Shown here piece after piece: positions 50,515 through 63,814 of a stretch of DNA of 64,000 nucleotides (its first letter is position 1; each line of letters begins with the position of its first letter). This DNA is from Octopus bimaculoides (taxonomy: Eukaryota), in NCBI RefSeq assembly GCF_001194135.2, contig NC_068995.1:56459860-56523859 (forward strand), in the 5' to 3' direction. The notes under the pieces were generated by a model. The model was not told where the DNA came from and made no database searches. It worked only from the letters and a program-made list of their open reading frames with translations. The position numbers and the translations under genes are program-made.

Positions 50515-51671
50515 CTAAACAAAACGGTGCCAAAGAACTTATCAGAGCAATACCTTTAGGACTTTGCCATTTCTCCAGTTCTCCACACCCCAACATTTGT
50601 TGATTATTCACATTTAAAATATTAAAAGAGAAATTTTTCCTTATTATCAATTCATATTATTTTTATATATTTGCTGTTTTTTAAATTAGCATAAACTATT
50701 GTTTATGTATTTTCTGTCTAATGTATGAAAGATATAATCTTATCATAAACTTAAAAAAAAAAGTGAAAGTTCCTGAATAACTTTAGATTGATGGAAGAGA
50801 ATAGAATAGAAGTTAAGATATGGTGATGGATAGAGGAAGAAAAAAACAGAAAAGTGAACGGAATGAAAAGTTAATGTAAATGTAAATAAATAAAAACACA
50901 AATGACAATAGAAACAAAGAAGGGGAAGAGAGAGTGAAGGACAGAGAGTGGAGAGTAAGTTGTGGAGAGTAAGTTATACAGAGTAGTAAGAAATGGAGAG
51001 ACGAAGAGAAAGTGGGAGAAGTAAAAAGAAAGAAAGGAAGGAGGTGATAACAGAAAAGGAAAGTAAAAGAGAATGATTAGGAAGAGAGAGGTGCAAGGAG
51101 AGAGAAAGAAAATTGGAGAGGTGACCACATGTACATCGCAGAACAAATGGGAAAGAATTTTGGGTTTGTTTTTGTTGTTTTCAGTTCTTGTTTTCCATAG
51201 CTTTATCTAAAGAGTCATGAAAACTGCTGTTAAACAAAAGTAAAATGTGAAAGATATCATCTGGGGAAAACTCGTTCCAGATCAGAAGTATGGAAGGTTA
51301 GAAAAGAAAGCTAGAAGAGAAACAGGCATCTTTATTCAAGTTAGGCAAGAATGCTTCCATGTAAAGAAAACAGATAGCTGCCTTCTTCAGCGCCGGTTTT
51401 AAGGACTTCTGTGCATTGCTTTTTCATCCCATGGGCTGATATAGTAATTAAAGTTTGAAAAACATAAAGAAGAGCTTGCTGTTAACAACATTGTGCTTCA
51501 TTTTCTGGTGGGGAAAGGATTGGAAAAGTTCAAGTGTGATGTAAGGAGAGGGAAAAGTTTCTTTCCCATGAATACAACAAAGAGACTTACTGTAAATCTC
51601 TAGTGAATTGGGTTGAGTATGAAATGAAGTGACGACAGAAAAGATTCGAAGAAGGAATACAACCAAAATAA

Positions 51672-51711
<40 letters not shown>

Positions 51712-52037
51712 TAATAATAATAATAATAATTATTATTATTGAAAAGGTTGGCAAAAAGAATAATGTCGCCTGATGAAAGTTATTACCAGATTAAAACAGT
51801 CAAAGAAGGAACAGTCCAGAGATATTAACTGATGCAGAGCAAAGCTATAAAATATACGTGAAAGAGGTAACCTGAGAAAACAATTGACACGACAATGGTC
51901 AAAAGTGATTGTTAATAGAAGGGTTTTAAAGAAAGAGTTGCAGATTACAATTCTGTAACATTAAATGGTCTTTGTGAAATAATGATAACAAAGTCTTAGA
52001 TTGGAAATTCTGTACAAAAAAATGTAAGTTTCATAGT

Positions 52038-52068
<31 letters not shown>

Positions 52069-52529
52069 NNNNNNNNNNNNNNNNNNNNNNNNNNNNNNNN
52101 NNNNNNNNNNNNNNNNNNNNNNNNNNNNNNNNNNNNNNNNNNNNNNNNNNNNNNNNNNNNNNNNNNNNNNNNNNNNNNNNNNNNNNNNNNNNNNNNNNNN
52201 NNNNNNNNNNNNNNNNNNNNNNNNNNNNNNNNNNNNNNNNNNNNNNNNNNNNNNNNNNNNNNNNNNNNNNNNNNNNNNNNNNNNNNNNNNNNNNNNNNNN
52301 NNNNNNNNNNNNNNNNNNNNNNNNNNNNNNNNNNNATATATATATATATATACCTGGCATAAAGCCACCTCCTCCTCCCTCCCAAATACTCCCTTCCTTC
52401 ACACAGTCATGGTTTGTCTTCCCCTCTTCCCCCCAATTTTACCCTGTTCTTTTTCTGTCTTGCAACCTATTTGGTGACCTCACGACCACCATGGTACAAA
52501 ATCAGAAAACAAACTCCCTGTACACACTG

Positions 52530-52770
52530 CAAAGTAGTTGCTGTTAGAAAAGGGTACCCAACTGTAGAAACGAGGACAGAGCTGACTGCAGTCCAGCGGT
52601 CAGTATGCTGGATCCTATGAAACCGTCCAATCCATGCCAGCACGGGCTGGCATTGAATGCCAATGGATTGACAGGCATTAAATGATGACAACAATGATGA
52701 CAATGATGACAATGATGGTGATGATGCTGATGATGATGATGGCGGTGATGATGGTGATGATGATGACATT
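52530..52770 (+). mobile_element. RTE-tailed retroelement 3' end with (GAT)n tail
   Basis: gggtacccaactgtagaaac...ccgtccaatccatgccagc...attaaatgatgac(gat)n. Confidence 0.7.
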
Positions 52771-53798
52771 TTGTAATAATGTGATAGATTATTAGATACT
52801 AAAGTCTTTCATGATACATCTGTGACCTGGTCACTAATATTCTGTTTCCCCGTATCTTCTGCTGCATAAAGTGAAGTTGATTATCAGTGACAAAAGACTT
52901 TGATACTTAATAATACAGCATTTTATTAGAAAACAATAATGGAGTAAAAGAGAAGATAACAGCTTCTGTGTGTTTTTAAAAGCCGCAGTGACTTAAGCAT
53001 GATGCAATTGTTTTATATCTCAGACTAAACATGTTAGAGAAACAAGTGATATATATATATATTTTTTTCCTCGGCCCTCCTTAATTCTTCTGTTCCACTA
53101 CTTGTACCTCTCCCTCTTCCCCCACATGACCGGTGTTCGGCCAGGCCTGACCTTTCTTTCTTGGTTCGACTACTATCCGTGCAACATCTATATTCCTCCC
53201 TGTGCCTGTGAAATCTTGTATCCCTGCCATAAGGCTTTACTTCCACACATGCCAGCTTAATTTAATTCGTCCTCAGTCGAAAGACACCCGTTTGTTATGT
53301 CCTGTCATTTGTATTTGTGTACCATTTGTCTGTTTTTTTCCATCCTTGTTTTTGTATACATTTGCAGCTTTCTTCCAAGGAATCTAGTGTTCTTAGCTTA
53401 GTTTTTCCTTGGGTCTGGCCAGATTGGAGCAATCTCGAGTATAACCAGCCGAAATTGCAAAGATAATCTGGAACTCGACTGAGGAAAAAAAACTCTGAAT
53501 ATTCTACAACAATTAGTTTAATTATGACTTCTACAACCAAAGGGAATGAAACTCTACTTTTCTTTCTCTTCTTTTCCCATTTTTATTCACCCCTCCACTT
53601 TTTGCATCAACCTTCTTGATTTTCAAACAGAATAGACCATGTGCTTAGAACCTGAAGATTGCTTGGAGAAACAAAGCATGTTATAAAAACCTGTCTAGCC
53701 ATGTCTTCATAGCAAGAAACTTATCTTAATACATTTATCCATCACTGAATGGAACACTTTTTTTTCATAGATCTTACCTTGATGGAACAATAAACTAA

Positions 53799-53843
<45 letters not shown>

Positions 53844-53844
<1 letters not shown>

Positions 53845-53950
53845 GAAGAGTGTAGGCTTGAAACGTAAAAGATTTTCTCACTTTCCTGAGCGTCAAACAA
53901 CTAATACACCTGCTTGTTGTTTATACACCTGTCTTTGTCTATTTTGCTTT
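53844..53950 (+). mobile_element. Penelope-like pLTR fragment with degenerate minimal hammerhead motif
   Basis: tgaagag-tgtaggct-tgaaacgta directly after (TA)n; fits (C)UGANGA-G..C-GAAAC-GUH with C3 lost. Confidence 0.55.
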
Positions 53951-54457
53951 CCTTCACAATAGCAAGCATTCAATCATGAATTTACAATACCTAATCTTTC
54001 TGATGAAAAAGACTGATATAAATTGATTAACATGTTTTGTCTAAACATACTAGTTAATGGTGATAACAGCATTGCAGTTCATGACTCATGAATAATGTTT
54101 CAAATAACATTAATCACTCAATTAACTTATTGATGAATGCTTTTAAAAATATTTGCTGCATGAGTTATGATGCAAGAAAAGCTACATGCACTTAACTATG
54201 AAGGCAAACATTCAATACTTACTGCTATAATTGTACATGGAAGCTTTAGTAGATAAAATATCTCATCACTGATATTCACACTGGTGTCCACATCTTTGTT
54301 ATAATCACAAAGATTCGGCAGTTGTATTCTCCTGCCTGCCTAGAGTGCCAGTTGCATTTGAAGCCTGAAGGAGACCCCAGGGTACAACAGGTGAAATATT
54401 GTGAGAATAGCAATCAAAATAAGGACTCTGGTCCAACTATATCAATGAATAATAGAG

Positions 54458-54845
54458 GATGCAGATGTGGCTCAGAGGTTAAGAGGATTGCTTCCCAATC
54501 ATGTGGTTTTGGGTTCAGTCTCACTCTGGGCAAATGTCATCTACTATAACCCTGGGCTGACCAAAGCCTTGAGAGTGGATTTGATAGATAAAAACTGAAA
54601 GAAGTGTGTGTGTGTATTCTTGTCTAGACATGACATGAAGGTTGTAAATGAGCATCATCAATCACCTTGCAAGGGAGGATGTTCGTTTCCAGTCTTCTAT
54701 GAAAATACATGTCTCGCTATGGGAAACTATTGCCTTGCTTAGAAACAAGGGAATGTCAGCAACAGAAAGAGCATCCAGTTGTAGAAAATCTCCCTCAACA
54801 TATTCTGTCATGCAAACATGAAGATGTTAATGTTAAAAGATGATG
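54458..54845 (+). mobile_element. SINE with family A head and RTE-type (GAT)n tail
   Basis: Family A head followed by ...gcatccagttgtagaaaatc...gttaaaagatgatgg. Confidence 0.75.
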
Positions 54846-55552
54846 GTGGAAGAACGATGATGAATAGCAATAGTTCTTCAGCTCAAAGAAATTCAGACAA
54901 GTAAAATAAATATCTAGTACCAGCATGAATCTTGTTAGTCATAGCCTAAACCTTTCCTACTTTCTATTCATATGGCAACTTTCCCTTCCTTCTGGAAACA
55001 TGCAAGAATACAATTTATTATTACAAAAGACAGTTTTGAAAACAACAAATTGTGTTTTATTTATTAATTTTTGTCTTCTTTCATTATTTTGGTTTTCAGC
55101 CAGTTCCATTCTACTATAATACAATAAGGTACTAAATGAAAAAATGTCGAGAGAATAGATTATAATAGCAGTTCTTAACTTCAGCATGGACAGTTGAAAA
55201 TAGTACCTAGTATGTTTATATACTGTTGAAACAATATTTAGTGGCAAAATAAGCCCCTTGTTTATTGGTTCAATTTTGGTTCAATTAACAGCATTATCAA
55301 CACCAGAGTAGTGAATAAATTCAATATATGGAACCATTTCATTATAATGCTAGAATGTTCATCAACCATAACTGAAAGCATGTTGTTTGTCTTGTGTTTA
55401 TAACAGAAATAAGGAACATTCTAAGAAGATACAAAATCAGGATCCCCAGTTGCTGATCTCGTGCTCTTACTCTTTAACTTTGGATTTTAACCCTAAAATG
55501 CTTTCACAAAGAGACTTTCCCAAGAGAACAATAACATTAGCCTTATAGTTAC

Positions 55553-55746
55553 TGGTCTGTCATTTCTTATAAACTGATAATTGTTCAAATCTCTCATGTA
55601 CGCCATATCAAATGCCTACATCAGTAAGAGAAATATCGCTGACCAACACTGAATGATACCCATTACATATACACTCTGCTGATGATGTATAAACTTACAT
55701 AAGCAGCATAAAATATTGATGAATATTTGAACTGGGGTTTGATAAA
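55553..55746 (-). CDS. Two candidate short exons (55746-55699 FIKPQFKYSSIFYAAY; 55615-55553 AFDMAYMRDLNNYQFIRNDRP) with 83-nt intron
   Basis: Donors TAT|GTAAGT and CCA|GTAACT, AG acceptors, both phase 0. Confidence 0.27.
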
Positions 55747-56299
55747 CTATGGCAGGGGTATTCTATTTCTTGGCATATTAACCACATCAAGAGAATGGTA
55801 TATTTAGTGTTGCATTTGACAAGATGCACAGCTGAGAGAGAGATAATGTAAGAAGCAGCCTCATTTAAGCTTTGCTGCTTTGAATGATAGCAGATTTACT
55901 AAGAATATTAAATATATAATGACAATATGTGATATTCTAAAAGAAATTCTATTCACTTTGTGAAACAGCATTCTTTCCACAAAACACTGTATGTCAAACA
56001 TGCAATATTTACTTGTATTTTAATTCATGCTATTTTAAACTTGATTCTAATTGAAAAAAAAACAAAAAAAACTGGAGTGCAACTATATGAATGGAGGAAA
56101 TTATGTTCCAAAGTTTGATGCCAAATTAGGTATGTGACTTGTACAGGAGAAAATATGGCAACTTTCCTTTAAGGTATATTTTCCATATTCCTAAATTCAC
56201 ATTAGGCAAACAATATATTATTTCTCCAACTAAAATTTAAATCTTAATAAATTTCACATCCAACCAATGAAAAATCTCCCTCTACAAATTTTCTCTGAC

Positions 56300-56470
56300 C
56301 TGAGCAAGCATGGAAATGTGATTAAGAAACTTGCCTTTAAACCAGGTGGCCTCAAGTTCAATCCCACTGAGTGGCACCTTGGGTAAGTGTCTTCTACTTA
56401 GCATTGGCTCTTGGTTTTGAGTGGATTTGGTAAATGGAAACACACACACACAGACACACACACACACACA
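56300..56470 (+). mobile_element. SINE family A head
   Basis: gtggcaccttgggtaagtgtcttctact...gagtggatttggtaaatggaaac. Confidence 0.8.
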
Positions 56471-57689
56471 GAGTCAAACATCTATTTAACTCAAGCAAAT
56501 CTGATAAATTTAATTCAAATATTAAATTCCACTATTTTCAACTTTTCCCTTCCTAATATATAGATCTATAGAAAGAAAGCAAAGGAGTTCAAAACTGGAC
56601 ACCTTTTTTCAGAAGCATGAACAAGCTAAATGAAATATAACTGTCATGGAGCTGGCATATTGAAATCTTTATCAATGCACCATGCCATTAGTCATGTATG
56701 TAGTTAGTACCAGTCTGAAAATATAGAAATGTCTTCAAACCAAATTGACATTTTGTCCAATGTGCAAAACCATTCATGAAAATATATTTCCATTCACAAA
56801 AGAAAACAAATTGGACAAATTATACATAAAACCATTTGGCTTTTAAGACCTAGTGAGACAAATGCAATCAGTCGTCTTTAATGATGAACGACAGCCTTCA
56901 TTTATAACAAGTAATAGTTAAAAGCAAGAATAAAAACTCTACTCACAATTCTAATTTTCCTTTCTTAACTGAAGGTATATTCAGTAACAGTTACTTTATA
57001 TAAATAAAATAATATCACAACATAATAGATGAAACCTCTTAAATGTATGATTTAGAACTAAGATAATGAGTTAGGTCTTGACACGAGTTAGGTTACTGAT
57101 GAAAATAGTGATGTTCAAGATTCGCATTTCTTTCTGGCTTTTAATATTCACAATATGTGATTCACAAAAGAAGATAATTTATCTACACAATACCTACAAA
57201 GGCTATATTGTTTTACAATATCTAACTAATATTACAAGTGTTGATCAAGGTCGGAATATTGTTCAGCTAAATGGTGAACTTGAAACAATATCAGCCATAA
57301 TAATAATAAAAGCTATGTAACTGTTTTACATTTTTTTTAGTCAATATTTTGTTAAACATATTCTGGATTTTTTTCAAGTACATCATATCAACCATTTTTT
57401 TTTTCTTTTTTATTTTCACAATTTATCAAATTAAGTGGCTTTAGAATTTTATAATTAAGTTTCAGTATTTTTATCTGCATTAAGAAAAACAAATGTTACA
57501 CTCAAAGTAGATACTGTCTGTTAGTATTGACAGACAGATAACTTGTTTGAGTAGAAATTTTGAAATACGCCAAAGTTGCTGTATAATGAAAGAAACCATC
57601 ATTCTATCTAAATAAAAGTAAAGGCAGCAATTTATTAATATGAAGGTTGTACATATTAATATACGTCTCTCTCTCTCTTTGTATATATG

Positions 57690-57736
<47 letters not shown>

Positions 57737-57747
57737 ATGTATATGTA

Positions 57748-58190
57748 TAGGTGCAAGTGCGGTTGTGTGGTTGAGAAGCTTGCTTCCCAACCATGTAAAT
57801 CTTAGGTTCAGTTCCACTGCAAGGCACACTGAGCAAATGTCCCTTATATACCCTTGGGCTCACCAAAGCCTTGTGATTGGATTAAGTAGACACAAACTGA
57901 AAGAAGCCCATTGAATATAATTGTATATATGTATATATATATATATATATATATACATACGCAAGTCTGTGTGCACCATGTCTTGCCATTGTGTGGTGGC
58001 AGTAAACAAGCATAACTGTCAAACAAGGGGTGGAGTTCATTTCCAATTTTTCATGAAAATATGTCCATGGAAGAAATAAACGATCTTGCTTGGAAACAGG
58101 TGAGGATTGGTGACAGGATGGGCATCAATCCAAAAAAAATTTGTCTCAACAAATTCTGTTTGACCCATGGATGTTAAACAATGATAACAT
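57748..58190 (+). mobile_element. SINE with family A head and RTE-type tail
   Basis: ggtgcaagtgcggttgtgtggttgagaagc head; tail gcttggaaacaggtgagg...gggcatc...gatgttaaacaatgat. Confidence 0.8.
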
Positions 58191-59970
58191 TAGAAACAGC
58201 TGTTTCTATGCATAATTTGAAATATCTGTTGGCACAAGATGATACAATCAGCTAAAACCTTTTCTGTTGGTGCTGCAACATGGTTGCAATCCAATGACTG
58301 AAATAAGTAAGAGAGTAAAAGAGTATGTATTTCTTGTATAAAAAAAAGAGAAATGGAAAATGAATTATGAGTGTTATAATGATGGAAACTAATTTATACT
58401 TCTCGCAAACTTTCCATTTTTTTCAAAAGAAAAACCCCAAGACATCAAAAACACATACATCATAACAAGAAAGTAACATACATAGCCAGTGATTTGGAAA
58501 ATATCCAATACAAAGTCAGTTCTTAATTTCTAATCTGTATCCAATAAAATATATATGATTATTTTGCAGTATTTCATTAATTGGAAACAAAGTAAACTGT
58601 AAGAATAGATAAGTTTAATTTTATTTCTGTAACATATCACAGTCAAGATTTTGTTATTTTTCTATTCTTCATTTTTTGATTTTTTATAATAAAAAAAAAA
58701 AAAAAGCAAGTGGTGGGGAATCGTTTTGAAGGGAATGTATTTAAAATTCTGTGTTGCTCATTACAGAGAGAGAGTGTTAAGACATTCTCAAGTTCATGAA
58801 AGTAATATCTTCTTGTTTCTCAGCTATTTTATGACATCCATCATGCTTTCCTTTCTTTGCTCAGTGAAGTCATGTTTGGCAAGCCATTTCCTCACAATCT
58901 TCATAGTTTCTATCTACACACACACACACACACACGTTTAATCCATAACCATCAGTACAACAAAATATATTTTTCATATGCAAGCATGGACAATTGGATA
59001 TTAAAATGATGATGATGATGATGATAATGATGATGAGAGAACTAGAACAGACAACCTCAAATCAAAAACCATTACCTGCCCTTCATCAAAACACATACAC
59101 AAATAAGGAAACTGTTGCACTGTATTAAGCAGTATGAAATAAATATATCTTTTGCTATATATATANNNNNNNNNNNNNNNNNNNNNNNNNNNNNNNNNNN
59201 NNNNNNNNNNNNTATATATGTATATATATATATATATGTATATATATGAATGCATAAAATGCTATATCAGGAAGAATTTCTCCAAAGCCGAAAATCCCAT
59301 AGCATGAAAATTATCAAGAAAAATAATAGTAAAAATGATTTTTGGAAAAAATAACAGATGAATAACACAAAATATTATAGAAATGCACAAACAACATTTC
59401 ACATAATCTGGTTATGTTGTTGCTGAGACACAAACTGCAATGAATTGAGTTCAATTTTTCACTTGAGCTTAAAAACACAAAACACAATCAAACTGTTTAA
59501 GAACAAGATAAAAGGAATGATGTGCTTGTTTATATGTATTGAATGTGTATTGAGCTTGTTTATATGTATTGTTTATATGTATTGAAATGTTACTATATAA
59601 ATAAGTACATGTGTGAATGAATCAATATACAATAGACCATAGAAATTGAAGGGGAAAATATGTATGATAGCATTTATAAAAGAGAAAAATCTATCATTAA
59701 ATATAAAACATGCATGCACAGGTGCACGCTCGTATATACATGCGTGTGTGCATAGTAAATATATGAATGTGTAAAATACCTATATAAATAATAAATGTAT
59801 GCATATGTATGTGTGCGTGTATATAATCATATATGAATTTATGTGTGTATATACAGATGCATACAATGTATATGAATATAAAATAATATATATATAAAGT
59901 ATATAATACACACACACATATACAAAATAAATACGCACACACATATATATATATACCCACACAGACATAC

Positions 59971-60030
<60 letters not shown>

Positions 60031-61327
60031 TATAACATATATATATATATATATATGTAAACATTTAAAGATGCATAGATGCATGTGAGAAAACAAAAGA
60101 GAAATATAGAAATGATGTCAAAACATATATTCTTTAACCATTCTCCCCGTCTCCCTGTCTTTCTAGTTTTCCAGTGGTTTATTTTAATTTAATTTTTTTT
60201 CATTATTTGAAGTTGTGTTACTTTTTTTTAAAAGAAAGTCTATGAAAAGGTGAAGAAATAATTGAAAGAAATTAAATTGATCAGTCTGACGATCTGTATT
60301 CAACAGTTCTTAGCATCGAGTCTGACACTGATGCCAGTGTTAATTGCATTGGGAAGAAATTTGGAAAAAAGTTTTGTTTGTATTCTTCTCTTGCAAGGTG
60401 TTTTACTACGAATGTTTCTTCACAAGATGTGAGAGAACAACAGCAACAATAGAAGCAAGAACCACAAAATACCCCAAAAAAAAAATGTAATAATAATAAT
60501 AAATAAATAAATAAAATAAAAGAGGCTGACAAGAATGTACGCAAACATTCATAAAATAGCTTGTCTTAAACGTTTATATTTACCACTAGTATAAGCTTAT
60601 CTGATAAAATAATGGTTCCACAGAAACTCCCTGAAGATATTTTTCCAGATGTTTCAGTGTTCTTTGATTCTGTCATTATCATTATTATTATTATTATCAT
60701 TTTCTCTCACCTTATTTACAACCTGTTGTATATCTTTTTCTCAACAACATAATCTAACTCTTCTGCCATAGTTAACAAAATGGTGCGCTCTAGATCAAGC
60801 GTCTGATTCTTGTTTCGTTAAGTGGCTTCTTTTTTTTTACCTCCCTCCTTTCCCCCACTCTCTTTTTCTTTCTCGCTCTCTCTCTCTATTATTGTTACCT
60901 TATTAAACAGGTTCTATGGGAAACAACTGATATCTGTTTCAAACAGTATTTAACGAAAGCTCTCTTATGTATTGTTTTAATATTTTATGGTACTTTACCA
61001 AAAAAATATTGTGCAAAATTAAGCAAAAATTTTGGAAAAAGAAAAGGAAACAGCAAAATACAAGGGATCATTTCATTTCCTTAGAGTTTGTTGAAAAGAA
61101 ATCAAAGACTACTACAACTGCCTAAGTAAAACCACTTACAATTAAAAAAAAATCAAAACACACATCTGACAGGCACACACACACACACACACTCATGCAC
61201 ATACAGTCATACAAACACACACAAGTGATAAAATCCTTCACAAAGAATAAACTTTTTGAAATGTAAAATTGTATCTTCAAGAAATTACACACACACACAG
61301 ACAAAAAAAAACAACAACAAATTGGTG

Positions 61328-61520
61328 AAGGCACGGCTGTGTGGTTAAGTATCTCACTTTATAATCATGTAGTTTTGGGTTCAGTTCCACTGCACAGCAC
61401 ATCAAGCAAGTGTCTTCTATAGCCTGTGGTTGACTACTGCTTTGAGAGTGAATTTGGTAGATGGAAACTATGTGGAAGCCTATCATATGTGTGTGCCCGT
61501 GTGAGTGTGTGTGTGTGTAG
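61328..61520 (+). mobile_element. SINE family A head
   Basis: ggcacggctgtgtggttaag...gatggaaactatgtggaagcc. Confidence 0.82.
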
Positions 61521-63136
61521 AGAGAGAGACATGTATTCAAGGGAGAATAAATGAAATTCAGTAATAGGATATATGAAGGTTAAAAGTCAGTTAAAAACCA
61601 TGGAAAGTAAAAATCCCTTAAAACCTACGGCCATTTCAGAAAATATTAAGGGGCTGTGTATATATTCAATTTCTACATAAAGAACGAAAGAGGTGAATAG
61701 GATTACCATATTTTCTGGCATACAAGTTGAAGTTTCAGACCAAAATTTATAGCCAAAACAAAGTTGACTTGTACACAAAGATGACTTTGGAGGACCAATA
61801 ATTCCATGTGAAACACTACAGGATTTGGAAAGATAATGACGATGTTTGAATGCTTACACTACATGTTCATACTAAATAATACATTGACATGTATGGAGTA
61901 ACATGGATTTCAAAAACTGCATGCAAGCAACTTGTCTAAGAGAACAAAAACTCTGAATTAAATGAATTACAAAGAAAATACTAATACAGATCAGAGGGGA
62001 CCCTAGCACCCATGGAAAAATGAAATACCTTAAATCCATGTAGCAAAATAACTGTTTATATGAAAGGCGTCCAGCTATAAACATTATCCTTGGAACACTG
62101 TGAGATCCATCTAACCTAAGGCAGCAAAGGAAAATGTCCATAAAATGGTGATGATGATGATGATGATGATGATGAAGATTAATCATCAGTTTCCAGTTAG
62201 TTCAACACTTGATCTCTAAGTCACTGTTGACTCAGTTGTCTTATCTACTGTCAAGGAAGTGAGACAGGAGAACACCAAAGTCCAAGAAACAGCAGAAACA
62301 CCAAAATTGGAATACAAATTCATGATTTTTATTTATTTATTTCTTTAACTAAGACACCCAACCCCCAAACCTACTCTTTATATAAATATGCGAAGAAATG
62401 CATTTATATCAGTGTAGACATGCATAATTTTCATTCTATTTTTTTAATGTGTATAGATTTACAGCTGTACATAAATTAATGAAACATTACTGGCAGTGTT
62501 CCAGATATTGCAGTAGCAACAACAACAACAATAAATAATAATAATAATAATGATAATAATAAATTCTTGAACTCTTATGAGATCACTGCAGTGAAGCAAT
62601 ATCAAGTTGTTATGTAGATGACAGACTGTAAATGAAAAATTACCAAACTTCCAGACAGAAGCCTGAAGAAATTAATCCGTTCCTTGTAATTGCACATTAT
62701 TGATTTTATTTTTTTTTTTTACATTGCCACAAGAGAAAGGGAATGCAAAGTTGTGAAGTTCATGCCTCTCTTGATATTATTTGCAATGTAAGTGAAAGAG
62801 AAAAATGATGACATATTTTTGTTGTATCTCAGGAGGGTCATTATGCCAATAATAAACACATGCACTGGTTCCATTTCACTTCTTCATTTTTTTTTATTTG
62901 TCAATCGTTTAACCATTTAACTAAATGATAGTTTGGTTAATTTTTCAGTCAATCAACCAATCAGCTAAGGCTATCAAAATCCTTTTGTCACCATTTGTAA
63001 CCTGGTCATTGACAGGCCCTGTCTGTTTTAAGTCTGTCTCCTTCAACAACTGAGTTCATTTTAAGAATCTTACAAACCAAATCCTAAATTTAAAAAAAAA
63101 AACAAAACAAAAAAAAAACAAGAAGAAAATCAAAAG

Positions 63137-63545
63137 ATGTGAGCATAACTATGTGGTTAAGAAGCTCACTTCATGACTGCATGATTTGGAGTTCAATCCC
63201 ACTGTGTGACACCTTGGGCAAGTGTCTTCTACTGTTACCATGGCCCAAGCAATGTGTCTTGTGAGTGAATTTGGTAGAAGGAAACTGAGTGAAGCCTGTC
63301 GTATATATGTGTGTGTGTATGTGTATGTGTGTGTGTGTGTGTGTGTGATCTCTCTCCACATCACTTGACAATCAATGTTGGTTCATTTACATCCCTGAAA
63401 TTTAGCAGTTTTGTTAAAGAGACTGATGTAATTAAGTACCAGATTTACAAAAATATAAGTAATTGGATTGGTTTGTTTGGTTAAACCCTTCGAGGTACTG
63501 CCCCAACAAGACTGCAGTCCAATAACAAAAGCAAGTAAAAGAAAG
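63137..63545 (+). mobile_element. SINE family A, full length
   Basis: Head, (TG)n and tail ...gactgcagtccaataacaaaagcaagtaaaaga. Confidence 0.85.
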
Positions 63546-63814
63546 AAGAGAGGGAGAGAGAGGGGTGGTGGGTAAAAAGAAGAAATGAATGAACGACAAA
63601 GTGACAAAGTGAATGTCAGTTTATAAGACAAAGGAAATGTTGATTGTATTGAAATGTATTTATCGCACATGAGTTGAGATAAAGCAAAACAAGCAATTGA
63701 ATTATGGTTCCAGTTTCACATGACTTTTCTTACTTTTGCTTCTTCCTTCTTGAATGAGAAGAGTAAAAACTGTGCAGGAATAATGGGTGGAAAGAGTTCA
63801 AATTCAGGCTTTAT

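Noticed and set aside
57078-57320. 80-aa plus ORF with signal-peptide-like start
   Set aside because: Non-ATG start in the track, no convincing splice sites, and local skew favours a minus-strand transcript.
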